A stretch of 64,000 nt of DNA, from assembly GCF_009914755.1 (NCBI RefSeq), contig NC_060932.1; one strand, written 5' to 3'. Within the stretch, counting starts at the first letter, position 1; each line of letters opens with the position of its first letter. This DNA is from the human T2T-CHM13v2.0 reference genome, Homo sapiens. A program made the translations under genes and the position numbers. Of the stretch, positions 1 through 13,775 are shown in pieces. Under the pieces are notes generated by a model that was not told where the DNA came from, searched no databases, and worked only from the letters and a program-made list of their open reading frames with translations.

Positions 1-1587
1 ATGCAAGTGCCTGTGTCTTTTTGGTAGAATAATTTATTTTCTTTTGGGTATATACCCAGTAATGACATTGCTGGGTTGAATGGTAGCACTGTTTCTCTTG
101 GAGAAATGTCCAAATGGCTTTCCACAGAGGCTGAACTAATTTACATTCCCCAAAAGAGAGTATAAGGATTCCATTTTCTCCATAGCCTCATCAGCATCTG
201 TTATTTTTTTATTTGTTATAGTAGCCACTCTGACTGGTTTGAGAATGGGTCACTGTATTTACAGTGACTGGTATCAAGCTGTAGTTTTTGACTTACATTT
301 CTCTGAAGATTAGTGATGATGAGCATTTTATCATGTTTGCTGGTCATTTGGGTATCTTCTTTGGAGTTCATGTCCTTTGCCCACTTTTTAAATGTGGGTT
401 TTTTTTTTTGCTTATTGATTTGTTTGTTTCGTATAGATTCTGGATATTAAACCTTCGTCAGGTGCAGAGTTTGGGAGTATTTTCTCCCATTCTTTAGGTT
501 GTCTGTCTACTCTGTTGATACTTTGTTTTGCTGTGTAGAAGCTCTTTAATTTAATTAGGCAATGCTTGTCAATTTTTGTTTTTGCTGTAATTGCTTTTGA
601 AGACTGTCGTAAATATTTCACAAGGTCAATGTTCAAAATGCTATTTCCTAGGTTTTCTTTTAGAATTTTTATATTTTACATATTGAGGTCTTACATGTAA
701 ATCTTTAATCCATTTTGAGCTAATTTTTTATATGGTGCAAGGTTGGGGTCCCGTTTCATTCTTCTGCATATAGCTGACCAGTTATCCCAGCAGTATCTAT
801 TAAATAGCTTTTTCTTTCCCCATTAATTGTTTTTGTCAGCTTTGTCAAAGATCAAATTGTTGTACATGTGCAGCTTTTCTGGGTTCAGTATGCTGTTCCA
901 TTGTTCTATGTGTTTTTGTGTTGCATGTGTTCTATCTGTTCTTGTTTTAGTGCCACACTCTTTTGGTTACTGTAGCCTTAAAGTATAGTTTGAAGTTGGG
1001 TAATATGATGCCTTCAGCTTTGTTCTTTTTGCTTAGGCTTGCTTTGGCTATTTGGACTTTTTTTGGGTTCCATGTGAACTTTTGGAATAATTTTATTTAA
1101 TTCTGTGAAGAATGATATTTGTAGTTTGATAAGAATAGCATTGAATCTGTAACTTGCCTTGGGCAGTATGGCCATTTTAACAATATCGATTCTTCCAATC
1201 TATGAACATGAAATATTTTTCCATTTCTTTGTGTCATCTCTGATATATTTCAGCAGTGTTTTGTAGTTCTTCTTGTAGAGATCTTTCACCTCCTTAGTTA
1301 GCTGTATTCCCAGGTATCTCATTTATTTTGTGGCTATTATAAATGGGATTATATTCTTAATTTGACTCTCAGCTTGAACATTCTTGGTGTATATAAATGC
1401 TACTGATTTTTGACATCAATTTTGTATCCTGAAACTGTATTAAAGTCATTTATCAGTTCTAGGAGCCTTTTCACAGAGGCTTAGGATTTTCTAGGTATAG
1501 AATCACATCAGTGAAGAGAGATAAGTAGACTTCTTTTCCTATTTGAATGCCTTTTATTTCTTGCTCCTGCCTGATTTGTCTGGCTAG
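1..1587 (-). mobile_element. L1 fragment (older primate L1PA/L1PB type), 3' part of ORF2, runs off the left edge
   Basis: Antisense L1 ORF2 motifs (ttgctgtgtagaagctcttta, tgggcagtatggccattttaacaata). Minus ORF 412-636 resembles ORF2 C-terminal region (IKLKSFYTAKQSINRVDRQP). Frame is broken. Confidence 0.9.
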
Positions 1588-2067
1588 ATGGTCACTTTGA
1601 GAAACCTGCAGAATATTTGGTGCATAATGGAAATGATAAGTAAGTCAGACTTCATATTGTCCTGCCCAAACTATTTCCTGGGCGGTTAAGGACTTGTTGA
1701 GTTAATATAATATGTGTGGCTGTGTCTGATGGAGACTTGTGTTCGAATGTGCTTCTGAAGAAAAGACTTTGAATATACTTCTATGTCTCTAGTTAACAGA
1801 TCTGAGAAGAAGTCAGGATACCTGTTCCATGAAGGGGTCCAAAAGGAAGATGCCCAGAGGCTTATGGGTCTCTATACTGAGCATGCCCAGCATGACAGGC
1901 TGGCATTGAGGCTGAAAAGGCCAAAGGCAGAGATTATCCTGCCCTAAGCGGGGTCACACACACAGGCTAAAGTAGCCCGTCATGGCACCAGACGCTACTA
2001 CTGGGATCATCTGAGACAGTTAGTAGATGAAAAGGATAAAATCCTAGAATTTCTTTAATTCATGTCC

Positions 2068-2170
2068 AACATTTACTGATGCAGACACTGAGGCCCAGAA
2101 AGAGGAAGGGATTTGCCAACATACAGGCGGCAGTTAAAATGGGAGTTGGAACCCAGTTTTCTGTCTCCTG
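2068..2170 (+). mobile_element. MIR fragment
   Basis: MIR core-like attttactgatgcagacactgaggcccagaaagagg...ggaacccag. Confidence 0.55.
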
Positions 2171-2306
2171 GTTTTCTTTAGAAAACCGGAAGACAGAAAG
2201 TGATTCTTATTTTTCCTTCTACTTTAGTTCACTTTACAAATAGTGTTTCATACAGAAGACAACGAATTGAGAGAGGTTAGGAAGCCGGCTTTGAAATCAC
2301 ACCATA

Positions 2307-2731
2307 TGCTAAAGCTTGGATGTGTCCTCCAAATCTCATACTGAAACGTAATCTCCAGTGTTGGGTGTCGCGCCTGTAGGGAGGTGACTAGATCATGGGG
2401 GTGGATTTCTCATGAATGGTTTGGCACCACCCCCTTGGTGATTTCCTACTGATAGTGAGTGAGTTATTGTGAGATCTGATTGTTTAAAAGTGTGTGGCAT
2501 CTTCCCCTTGCTTTCTCTTGTACTCCTGCTTTTGCCATGTGATGTGCCTGCTTCTGCTTTGCCTTTTCGCTTCAGTAAAAGCTTCCTGAAGCCTCCCCTG
2601 GAAGCCTAGCAGGTAACATTACCATGCTTCCTGTACACCTTGCATTTGCAGAATTGTCAGCCAATTAAACCTCTTTTCTTTGCAAATTACCCAGACTTAG
2701 GTATTCATAGCAACAGAAGAACAGACTAACA
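2307..2731 (+). mobile_element. MST-family (MSTA/MSTB) MaLR solo LTR
   Basis: ccaaatctcata, gatcatgggggtggatttctcatgaatggtttggcacc, attaaacctcttttcttt...aattacccag and gactaaca end match the recalled MST LTR; ~425 bp. Confidence 0.85.
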
Positions 2732-3589
2732 AATTATGAATGTATTAAAAGAGCACTTAACATCAGGAACAAAAGATTACCAAGCCACAACTCTTTTAAT
2801 TTATAGATGATGAAACTGGAAACCAGAAAACCAGATGACCTGCCTAAGAACACATGGAAAACCTGGCCTCCTGACTCTTCCTGGCTGTGCCCCCCTGTAT
2901 CATAGCTGTGTCCAGGCAGCTACCACCACTGACTGAATGTTTCAGCATTAAATGCTAGGTTTCAATCCATGAGCTTGTGAACACACTTCTGTGTTTTCTG
3001 TAAACTAAAGTTGAAGGTATATAATAATGCATAGTTCAGTATCATCCATACAAATCTCATTGAACATTTATTTCAGATTTCAGTATCAGGAAAAAAGTAC
3101 TTCCCTGAGAAGTGAGCATATTTCTGATAAGTATGAAAGCAATTATGTTTCCCTATTTACTCTGGCTGGCACAAAGCTCAGAGCCTAATTCAATGTACAT
3201 TAAAATATGGGTATTTCCTCTTTTTATCTTTTATCACCAATTTTTATTTAATTTACTTTAATACATATGTCTTTGGAGTTAAGACAACTCAATTTCTTTT
3301 TGTGAAAGATGGAGACATCATCATCATAACAATAATTGTTGTTATGCTAAAAATAAATTATGATAATGTTAATAACAAAAAGTAAAAATTAAAATAGGAG
3401 GAGGGAAAGGTAGAGCCTCGTAGTCCATGATAAGAACTAAAATACCAAAGTTGTCTAGTGAAGACAAGGATTTTCAGTAAAGAATGACAAAGACTTATAT
3501 TTTGAAAGGATAGCCTAAACAAGTGCGTATAAAGTAGAATATGATGGTGAGACCATGATGAAAAGAGGCAGAAGCATTGGGAAAAACTG

Positions 3590-4200
3590 TTCATATTCAT
3601 AGAAAGAAATGATGGTTGTGTTGACAGGAGTTGTTAGAATAGTCAGATTCCAGAAGTATTTGAAGGTAGAGCTGCCAGCACCTATTGGTGTATCAAGGAC
3701 AGAAGAATGAGAAAGGTCAAGAAAAAATAATTTGCATGTGGGAAGGGCAGAAATAGTAAGTTCTGTGTGGCACAATTTAAGTTTGTAAAAACTAGTAGAC
3801 ATTCATGTAGAGACATTGAATCCATAATTGAATAGATGAGCCTGTATTTCAGAGAAGCTGTCAGGATTGCAGTTATGCATTTGGGAGAGGTCAGCATTCG
3901 CCTACATATGCTGACTACATAAGGTCCCTTCGAGTGTGAGTGTAAATAGAGGCAAGAAGTTATCCAAGGGCTGAGCACAGAGCACATTGTTGTGATCAGC
4001 AATCCAAAGTTACGATTCTTTCTAAGGTTACCTGAGGTAGAAGCAGAATTGAAGGAGAGTAACTTCTTGAAAGAAATACAGAAATGTATTTCAGGAAGTC
4101 TGAAATACTTGTCTGTAAATATCACTTAATTGTGGTGGATAAGGGAAAGAAACTGGCATTTAGATTTTGTAATATGAACATCATTGAGGTTACTGCCAAG
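3590..4200 (-). mobile_element. Degenerate L2 fragment
   Basis: Purine-rich antisense L2 motifs (cagattccagaagtatttgaaggtagagc, atttgggagaggtcagcat). Confidence 0.55.
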
Positions 4201-4730
4201 TTGCAATTCCGAGGAATGTGTGGGAGTGCCTCCCCTCTCCCCTTCAAAAAACCTAGGTTCCGAAGAGAAAGGGACAAGGGGGAATGAAGAAGACGATGAA
4301 TGGTGATTATTCTCTGGAAAAAGAGAAATAAGGCTGTAATTCAGGGTGAAATATCAAAATTAAAAAAAAACCCTACTAATGTAGAACTAATGAAAACACA
4401 TATATGTAAACAGTCAAGTTATTAGAGTGTGATATGTAGAATAAAAGAGAACTATAGCCACAGCTCTTATGTAAGCTTACAGTTGGAAGCCTCAACCATG
4501 AAACAACTAATTAAATAGTCTGTAATAAACAGTACTTACAAATTTGTGCAGAAGACATAATACACGACTTGATATTTTGAAGAATGAAAATTAAATTTTG
4601 GATATTTTCATAAAATACTCATATTTTCCTTTTGATTGAATTGGAGAATGGCTTTTATTATCTTTATAAGCTGAAGACTTCCATCAGATCTTTCCACTAA
4701 ATCCATATGCTTGAGTAAAGGCAGCCATAT

Positions 4731-5975
4731 TGAGAGGTGACAGCGTGCTGGCAGTCCTCACAGCCCTCACTCGCTCTGGGCGCCTCCTCTGCCTGGGCTC
4801 CCACTTTGGCGGCACTTGAGGAGCCCTTCAGCCCACCGCTGCACTGTAGAAGCCCCCTTCCAGGCTGGCCAAGGCTGGAGCCCACTCCCTCAGCTTGCAG
4901 GGAGGTGTGGAGGGAGAGGCGCGAGTGGGAACCAGGGCTGCGTGCGGCGCTTGCGGGCCAGCTGAAGTTCCGGGTGGGCGTGGGCTTGGCGGGCCCTGCA
5001 CCCGGAGCAGCCGGCCGGCCCTGCCGACCCCGGGCAATGAGTGGCTTAGCACCTGAGCCAGCGGCTGCGGAGGTTGTACTGGGTCCCCCAGCAGTGCCAG
5101 CCCACCGGCACTGCGCTCGATTTCTCACAGGGCCTTAGCTGCCTTCCCGCGGGGCAGGCCTCGGGACTGCAGCCCGCCATGCCTGAGCCTTCCCCCGCCT
5201 CCGTGGGTTCCTGTGCAGCCCAAGCCTACCTGACGAGCGCCGCCCCCTGCTCCATGGCGCCCAGTCCCATCGACGCCCAAGGGCTGAAGAGTACGAGCGC
5301 ATGGCTCAGGACTGGCAGGCAGCTCCACCTGCAGCCCTGGTGCGGGATCCACTGGGTGAAGCCAGCTGGGCTCCTGAGTCTGGTGGGGACGTGGGGAACC
5401 TTTATATCTAGCTCAGGGATTGTAAACACACTAATCAGCACCCTGTGTCTAGCTCAGGGTTTGTGATGCACCAATGGACACTCTGTATCTAGCTGCTCCT
5501 GTGGAGTCTTGGAGAACCTTTGTGTGCATACTCTCTATCTAACTAATCTGATGGGGACGTGGAGAACATTTGTATCTAGCTCAGGGATTGCAAACGCACC
5601 AATCGGCGCCCTGTCAAAACAGACCACTGGGCTCTACCAATCAGCAAGATGTGGGTGGGGCCAGATAAGAGAATAAAAGCAGGCTGCCCCAGTCAGCAGT
5701 GGCAACCTGCTCAGGTCCCCTTCCATACTGTGGAAGATTTGTTCTTTCACGCTTTGCAATAAATGTTGCTACTGCTCGCTCTTTGGGTCCACACTGCTTT
5801 TATGAGCACACTGCGAAGGTCTGCAGCTTCACTCCTGAGCCAGCGAGACCATGAGCCCACTAGGAGGAACGAACAACTCCAGACACGCGCTTTAAGAGCT
5901 GTAACACTCAGCGCGAGGGTCCGCGGCTTCATTCTTGAAGTCAGTGAGACCAAGAACCCACCAATTCCGGACACA
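4731..5975 (+). mobile_element. Solo LTR12C-type LTR (ERV9/HERV9)
   Basis: Starts TGAGAGGTGACAGCGTGCTGGCAGTCC and ends CCAATTCCGGACACA (TG...CA). 4-bp TSD ATAT at 4727-4730 and 5976-5979. GC/CpG-rich U3 and ~40-bp tctagctcaggg repeats. Confidence 0.95.
5460..5710 (+). promoter_or_regulatory. LTR12 core promoter motifs
   Basis: CCAAT at 5471, 5599 and 5637; GT/GC box GTGGGTGGGG 5651-5660; AGATAA 5663-5668; AATAAA TATA-like box 5672-5677. This is the known ERV9 LTR arrangement; activity is not shown. Confidence 0.65.
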
Positions 5976-6759
5976 ATATTGCTTGCCTTGTAATTCTGCA
6001 AAAGTAGCCCCTGAGAAAATGTATTGGAACAGTTACCAGTTGTACCTTTTTGGCAAAAGAATTGATTTAATTCTCTGCTTTAATTTATAGTTTAATAAAA
6101 AAGTCATTCCAAAAGGCAATTCATCTTAGCTCTCAAAACCAGATCGTTGGAAACATCTTGTTTAGACAAAGCAAATGTCAGAGCAAATAGAAATTAACAA
6201 ATTGAAAGCAAAATTATTTCTTTGCTTGCATGTAAAATGGACCCGTTACTCCTCCAAATAGCTGTACATTAATCAAATGATAAGAAGGCATTCATGTATG
6301 CCCAACTTTCTAGCCTTCTATAAATGTCTTAGATGTGAGCCAAATAATTTTGGCCTTTGATAAAACATTTTTACTGCCAAAAAAGCTAATTGTTGTTTCA
6401 TATTTGGTTTACGTAGTTAGTAGTAAAAGACACTGTGGCTTATCTCAAATGTATTTATATTTCAAATCTTTTGGAGGTGAGCCAGTTAAAATCGATACTT
6501 TTAGTCATAAAAAAAGTTCGAACTTGCTTCAATGTTATTTAGTTTATGTGTGTTTTATTGTTGTTTCTTGCACTTTGTTATTTCATACTAGGCCTTTTAA
6601 AGAAACTTTTTCAAGACAGTAAGCAATAAGAAGTTTACTTTTCAATATACTGAGCAGTGAATTGTAAAATATATCATAAAAAGCTTATGAAAAATATATG
6701 TGCTTTAAAAACAATAATAAAACAAAAATGATACAAAATATCCACACTCCAGGACAATA

Positions 6760-8200
6760 CATAAAATATTAATTTATTCTCAAAACCCTCCATGTGCCTT
6801 TCCCAATAACACTCTTTCCTCCTTCTTCAGGAGTAACCACGATTCTGAATTTATATTAATATCTTTCTGTTTCTACATAGTTTTAAAACTACATATGTAT
6901 GTTTTATCAGTAAGGTTGCAATGAGGGAAGGAAAACCACTATACGCAAAGGAATATAAAATTTATAATAGGAAACTGGAACTTACGTAATTGTGAAATTA
7001 GGTGGGGAAGGAGAGGTCCAAAAACAATCAGAAAAATATCACTAACCATGCCTGGCTTCATTAACACATTGGTGTTTACAGGAAGTGAGGTATGTCCAGC
7101 ACTGGAATGGAAGCACAATGCCTGGTGTAAACAGTCAAGGGAAGATTACCAGCTCTGTGAGTTTGCAGCCAATGTCTGGATGGAACTGGGGTTGCTATCA
7201 CACAGTGGGGTTGACGTCAATAAGGAAAGCCAGAACCTCTGCTTCTGTTCGACACTGCCTTCACCCAGGATGTCCTTTACCATTAATGTCTTCTGCTGTA
7301 TTTTAAATCTCATGAAAAGTTTTATTGTGTCTCACCTTTACCCAACACAACACAAAGCAGGGATATGTGGAAAATATCGGAAAATCACCAGAAACACGTA
7401 TGTGTTACTAAACAACACATTGTACAGTTTTGTCTGTTTTTAAACTTTAAATAAATGAAGCTATACAGAATGATTTCTGTGACTCACTTCTGTTGTTCAA
7501 AATTGTATTGGAGGTTCACTCATATTTTTATTGTGTATTCTATTTTTCTATTTTTTTAATATGCCACAAAACTTGATCTCTTTTTTTTTGAGACAGAGTT
7601 TTGCTCTTGTTGCCCAGGCTGGAGTGCAGTGGCATGATCTCAGCTCACTGTAACCTCTGCCTCCCGGTTCAAGTGATTCTCCTGCCTCAGCCTCCCAAGC
7701 AGCTGGGATTACACGAAAACTTTCTGTTTTTATTGGTCATTCCGAACAACGTTACTATAGACATGTAAGTACACTTTTCCTGGTGCACACATGCAAGAAA
7801 TCAGAGGAAATGATAAATCATAAGGTAGTCACATGGTGAGCTTCACTAGGAAACTGTAACCTGATTGTCAAAATAATTAAATGAATCTACACATCCCTTG
7901 CAGTGGATAAGAGTTCTATTTGCTCCAAATTGACCCCCTGACAATTAATATAGACCTACTCTTAATTACCACCTACCTGGTGATTGTGAAATGATATTTT
8001 AATTGATACTAAGTTTCATTTTCTAATGACTACTAAAGGTTTTACAACATCACATACATTAATGGATTCTTAGTGTTTCCACCTTTTTTAAATTCCTATT
8101 TACATATTTACTTATGTTTGTCTACTAATCATATTTGCTATTTGTTCAATTTTAATGTTAGTATTCTACTTGATTTGTAGAATATATTTATATATTTTTC
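6760..8200 (-). mobile_element. Very degenerate old L1 (L1ME/L1MC-like) 3' pieces, interrupted
   Basis: gtaaccacgattctgaattt; aacaacgttactatagacat; ctggtgattgtgaaatgatattt resemble antisense L1M 3' regions. Confidence 0.45.
7581..7713 (-). mobile_element. Truncated Alu (right arm; AluSq/Sp-like)
   Basis: polyT-gagacagagttttgctcttgttgcccaggctggagtgcagtgg...gggattaca, then stops. Confidence 0.9.
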
Positions 8201-8617
8201 ATTTTATTTATTTTTTTTCTTCATATATATGTGTGTAGTTTTAGGTTTATGCTGTTCTTAAGTTTATTGAAGACTTCCATCAGACACCTAATCTCACAAT
8301 TATTTATTGTGGTAATATTTATGTTAACTATAAATATAAAGATAGTTTACATATGTAGTTTCTAATTTTTGTTTCTAGTAATTTCTACTGTGAGGTCATA
8401 AACTTCATTTTCTAAATTGCCTTATACAGTTTTTGTTTAGTTTTATTTTAGTTTTGCTTTTTCTTTGTATTTCTTCTTATGTCTGTTTCTAGGAATATGG
8501 CCTTTTCATCTAAATATTAAATGTTGTTGCCATAAGCATGCTTATTATATTTGTTATTATCAGTATTTGTATACCATTGCATTATTAACATTGTTTGTAT
8601 TTCCTGTCATTTTTCTT

Positions 8618-8942
8618 TTCCTGTTTTTGTTTTGTTTTGTTTTGTTTTGGGGACAGAGTTTCGCTCTGTCGCCCAGGCTGGAGGGAAATGGTGCGATCTC
8701 GGCTTACTGCAACCTCCGCCTCCTGGGTTCAAGCCATTATCCTGCCTCAGCGTCTGGAGTAGCTGGGATTACAGGCGGTCTCCACCACGCCAGGCTAATT
8801 TCTGTATTTTTAGTAGAGATGGGGTTTCACCATGTTAGCCAGGCTGGTGTTGAACTCCTGACGTCAGGTGGTCCAACCGCCTCGGCCTCCCGAAGTGCTA
8901 GGATTACAGGCGGATTACAGGCGTGAGCCACCGAGCCCGGTC
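8618..8942 (-). mobile_element. AluS, full length, (TTTTG)n tail
   Basis: Both arms present; TSD tcctgtc(a/t)tttttctt at 8602-8617 and 8943-8958. Confidence 0.95.
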
Positions 8943-11437
8943 TCCTGTCTTTTTTCTTGATAAATTTCATTATAAGTTGTTTCAATTTTTTTTGAAAAAA
9001 CAACCATTGACATTGCCAAATTTTGTATGACTTTGGGTCTAGTTCACTAATTTCTGACTATATTATTTCTTCCCTTTATTTGTGCAGAATATTTTTTACA
9101 TTTTTAAAAATAATGTCCTGAGATGGATGCTTGCTCCTTAATATATAGCCATTCATCTTTTCTAATAGTCACATTAAGTATATATGTATATACACACAAA
9201 ATGTATGTATATAAATATGTATATAAATTCTAATATCTCTCTAAATACAATTTACTTACATCTCTCAAGTTTTAATATAAAATATTTTTAATAATCATTA
9301 CCGTATAATAGTTCTAGTTTCTTGTGTGGAAACCTTTTTGAAACAATTTTCATATACATTTAAAATTCTTGATTTTTCAAACATATGGGGATGTGTTTTT
9401 GTTTTGTTGTTGATTTGGGTGTTAATTGTATTATCAAAATCATATATCACTTTGATATATGATTTTAATCTTTAATTTCTTATAAGGTAAAGTTTATGGC
9501 TTAGCACCAGTCAACCTTTGTAAACGTTCCACATGGGCTTATAAAACTAAAATATAAAATAAAATACAGTTCTGCTTTTGTTGTGTTCCTAGTTCTACAT
9601 GTGTCATTTACATGAAATTTGTTAATCCTGCTATTCACATTTTGTATACCTTTACTTATTTTTTGGCCTGCTTGTTCTACCTGTAAATAAGGATCAACAA
9701 ATATGTTAGGACATATCTATTAAAATCTTATGCTATGATGTTGTTTATTTTGCCTTGTAGTTCAGGTTTATTTCTGGTTCACCTTTTCTTTCAGAGTACA
9801 GCACCCTCTGGCCTTAATTTATTATGATGACAATTTCCTATTATATTTCTTCACTTGTGTGGATTTGGGCTTATATATCTACTCACCTTTACTGATGGGA
9901 ATATTAAACAAAAAGCTTGCATTTGCAGGGATTAATAAATATTTTCAAGAAAATAGCAGCTCTGATGATGTCCTTATGTTATCTGGTTCGAATTGTCTTT
10001 TCTTTTAGAGCTTTGTAAGTTTTCATTAAACTTTTTATGCTTTTAAGTTTAATTCAAAATTTTGCTTTATTGACCTTAAAATTTCTGAACCTTAAAACTG
10101 TACATATTTTTCTATCATTAACAGTTTAAATCTGTATTAATTAATTACACATCTTCCTTACTCAGGTCTACATATAAAATTGTTAAATCATCTCATAAAA
10201 ATGTGAGTTTTTTAATGCATTAAATATAATGAAAATTATGACCCTAAGAAGAAAGATAAATTATTATCAGTTATGAATGATTTAGCCGTGTTCCACAAAA
10301 GCAATATGATAAAAATAGTTATTCCTAAGAAGTCAGTAAGGTAGTCAGTTAAAAAGCAATATTTAGAAAAGCAACAGCTTTCATATATTCCAACATTCAT
10401 AAATAACAATTATACCAGAAAAATACTTTTCAGTAATATATAAATATACTCATCTTTCACAATATACAAATTCTAAGGATACTATTACTTGACATAGATA
10501 GGACCTATGTGGCGACATCTACATTGTTGTGGTGAAGCATATGCGTATCATTTATCAATTTTAAGAAATCAAGGGTTGTGCCATGTTCCTGAAGGTATTT
10601 AATGACTGATGCAAATTTTTCCATTTTTCTCAATTAACTTGTAATTCTAATAAAATGTTTTTCAAAACACTAGTATTTTTCTTTTAATTGAGCAGGTGGG
10701 AGAGATTAGAAGATGCCAGCTTTCAAGAAATAATAAGGCAGTTTACAATTTCATCTGAAACCGGAAAAATAAATAGATTGCACTGAAAAGAAAACATGTA
10801 AAAATAATAATTGGAAGCACATGTATACAAGATATTTGACAATATTAGTTAAACAAAACATATGATGATTAAAGCTGTTATGTCATTTGATTACATATTG
10901 ATAAAACAAGCCAAAATTATGGACATCTCTGAGATAATATGATAACAAGTGGCACAGGAAAATAATGAGAAAGAAAGATCATTAAATAAGGTGCTGGGAC
11001 ATTTAGCTATTTCGAAAAATAGGTACAGATCCTTATTTCTACCTGCTTCAAACTGAATTCCATATTAAACAAGGTAGAAACATACGTAGCAATCTATGGA
11101 TCCTTTTAGGGATGTAAAGTTGTGTTTAAGCATTAAACGCAAGAAATAAACTATGAAGTAAAATCATTCAGCCACAGTGTCAGATATAAAGGAAACTATG
11201 AGGAATATATAATAGGTATTAATAAGGGGTGTAGACATATAACATCATAGAATTGAAATGTGCAGTGTAACAGGCAATGAAAATTCAAAAGTCATGAAAG
11301 GTCTCATTGTTAAAGGATCCAATATAATTTTAAACACCAGAGATGTGGAAGTGATTGGCAAAAGTTTTATCAAAAAATGCCAAAGAAAGAGTGCAATAAA
11401 AAGTGAAGGATGAAGAAAGAAAACAGATAATGAGTGA

Positions 11438-11824
<387 letters not shown>

Positions 11825-12460
11825 AAATTTTATCATTTTAATTCAAATTTATGTATTTACAAATATTGTTAACTTTTCTAGGCTTGTTTTTATTGTTCAG
11901 GGAAACATTTCACTTGGTCAATTTTTAGTCATTCATTTGAGATCACATATTTTTGAATGCCAAATAAAACATTACCTCAAATCAATATATTCAAAGAATT
12001 ATAGACATACTTGTTTAGTAAGAATCCTTCTGTTAAACAAAAGACATTGCACCAGCAGCAAATTCTACAATCAACTGCTATCACAATAAACATAGCTGTC
12101 ATTGATATACATAAATATATAATAGGAATATTAAGTGAAATGGCTAAAATTCTTACATATTTTCAGAGTGGCCAGTAAATTCTGAATTTTTCATCCTCTG
12201 AAGGCAACGTCCAAAATTAACATTTTCTTAAATTCAAAAACTATTTGTTTTTTACATTAAAATCACTCGTTTTTTCACTGGGTTGTAAGATGAGTTTTAG
12301 TAATTTCTAGAAAAACACTTCCGTTATTTCTATGACAAGTATGATTTGAGCTCTCTTAGTAGATTAGCATATCTTGTAATTGACCAAAAAAATACGTATT
12401 TTTTTATAGGACCAACATGGTTGTTCTGAGGTGTTTGAAGTAAATTATAAAAGGAGTTTA

Positions 12461-13775
12461 AGAATAAAGAACTCAGAAGTAAAGTCGTACACCTACAGCC
12501 ACTTGATCTTTGACAAAGTCGACAAAAATAAGCAATGGGAAAAGGTCAATAAATGGTGCTGGAATGGCTGGCTAGCAACACTCAGAAAAAAGTAACTGCA
12601 CCCCGTACCTTTCACCGCATACAAAAATTAACTCAAGATAGATTAAAAATTTACGTGTAAGATCTAAAACTATAAGAATTCTAAAAGAATAACTAGGAAA
12701 TACCATTCTGGACATTGGACTCGGGAAATTGTGACTAAGTCCTGAAAAGCAATTGCAACAAAAATGAAAATTCACATGGGACCTAAGTAAACTAAAGAGC
12801 TTCTGCACAGCAAAAGAAACTATCAATAGAGTATATAGACAACCTACAGAATGGGAAGAAATATTCACAAACTATCCATCCAACACCAAGATCTAATATC
12901 CAGAATCTACGAGGAACTTAAATCAACAAGCAAAATAATAAGAACCACATTAAAAAGTGGGCAAAAGACAAAACAGACTTATCTCAAAAGAAGACAAACT
13001 CATGGCCAACAACATGAAAAAAATTTTCTACATCACTAATCATCGGAAAATGCAAGTCAAAACCATAATAAAATACCATCTCACAGCAGTCAAAATGGCT
13101 ACTATTAAAAAGTCAAAAAACAACAGATGCTCACAAGGCTGTAGAGAAAAGGGAACACTTATATACCTTTGGTAGTAATGTAAATTAGCTCAACTAGTAT
13201 GGAAAACAGTTTAGACATTTCTCAAATAACTTAAAACAGAGCTGCCATTTGACCCCGAAATCCTATTACTGGATAGGTAGTCAAAGTAAAATAAATCATT
13301 ATACCAAAAAGAAACATCCAATTGTATGTTCACTTCAGTGTTATTTACGATAACAAAGACATGGAATCAACCTTGGTGCCCATTAACAGTGGATTGAATA
13401 AAGAAAACACGGAATACTACACAGTCATAAAAAAAACAAAATCATGTCTTTTATGGCAATATGGATGCAGCTGGAGGCCATAATCCTAAGCAAATTAATG
13501 CAGGAACAGAAAGCCATATAGTGCACCTTCTCAATTTTAAGTTGGAGCTAAACATTGGGTACTCATGAATACAAAGACGGCAATAAGAGACACTGGGGAT
13601 TACTAGAGGAGAGGGTTAGGGAGAGGAGAGAGTGCTAAAAACTATTGCGTATTATGCTCAATACCTGGGTGACGGAATCACTTGTATTCCAAGCATCAGC
13701 ATCATCCAATAGATCCAGGTAAAACACCTGCACATGTACCTCCTGAATTGAAAATAAAAGTTGAAAAAAATAAGA
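12461..13775 (+). mobile_element. 5'-truncated L1 (L1PA15/16-like), ORF2 end plus 3'UTR
   Basis: aataaatggtgctgg, aaagagcttctgcacagcaaaagaaactatc, 3' end cacatgtacctcctgaattgaaaataaaagttgaaaaaaa; possible TSD aagaataaa at both ends. Confidence 0.9.

Noticed and set aside
4697-5466. Overlapping 130-143 aa ORFs on both strands
   Set aside because: They lie in GC-rich LTR12 U3 where stop codons are rare; no recognisable domain.
5405-5615. Spaced ~40-bp repeats resembling a CRISPR-like array
   Set aside because: These are the known ERV9 LTR U3 tandem units in eukaryotic DNA, with no unique spacers or cas genes.
6905-7390. Possible old LTR-like insertion within L1ME debris
   Set aside because: Composition shift and vague resemblance only; I could not identify termini, TSD or family.
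8465-8926. 153-aa ORF, the longest in the track, and similar ORFs at 11513-12089, 36191-36490 and 55746-56178
   Set aside because: Typical Alu-derived translations ([20 protein letters not shown]).
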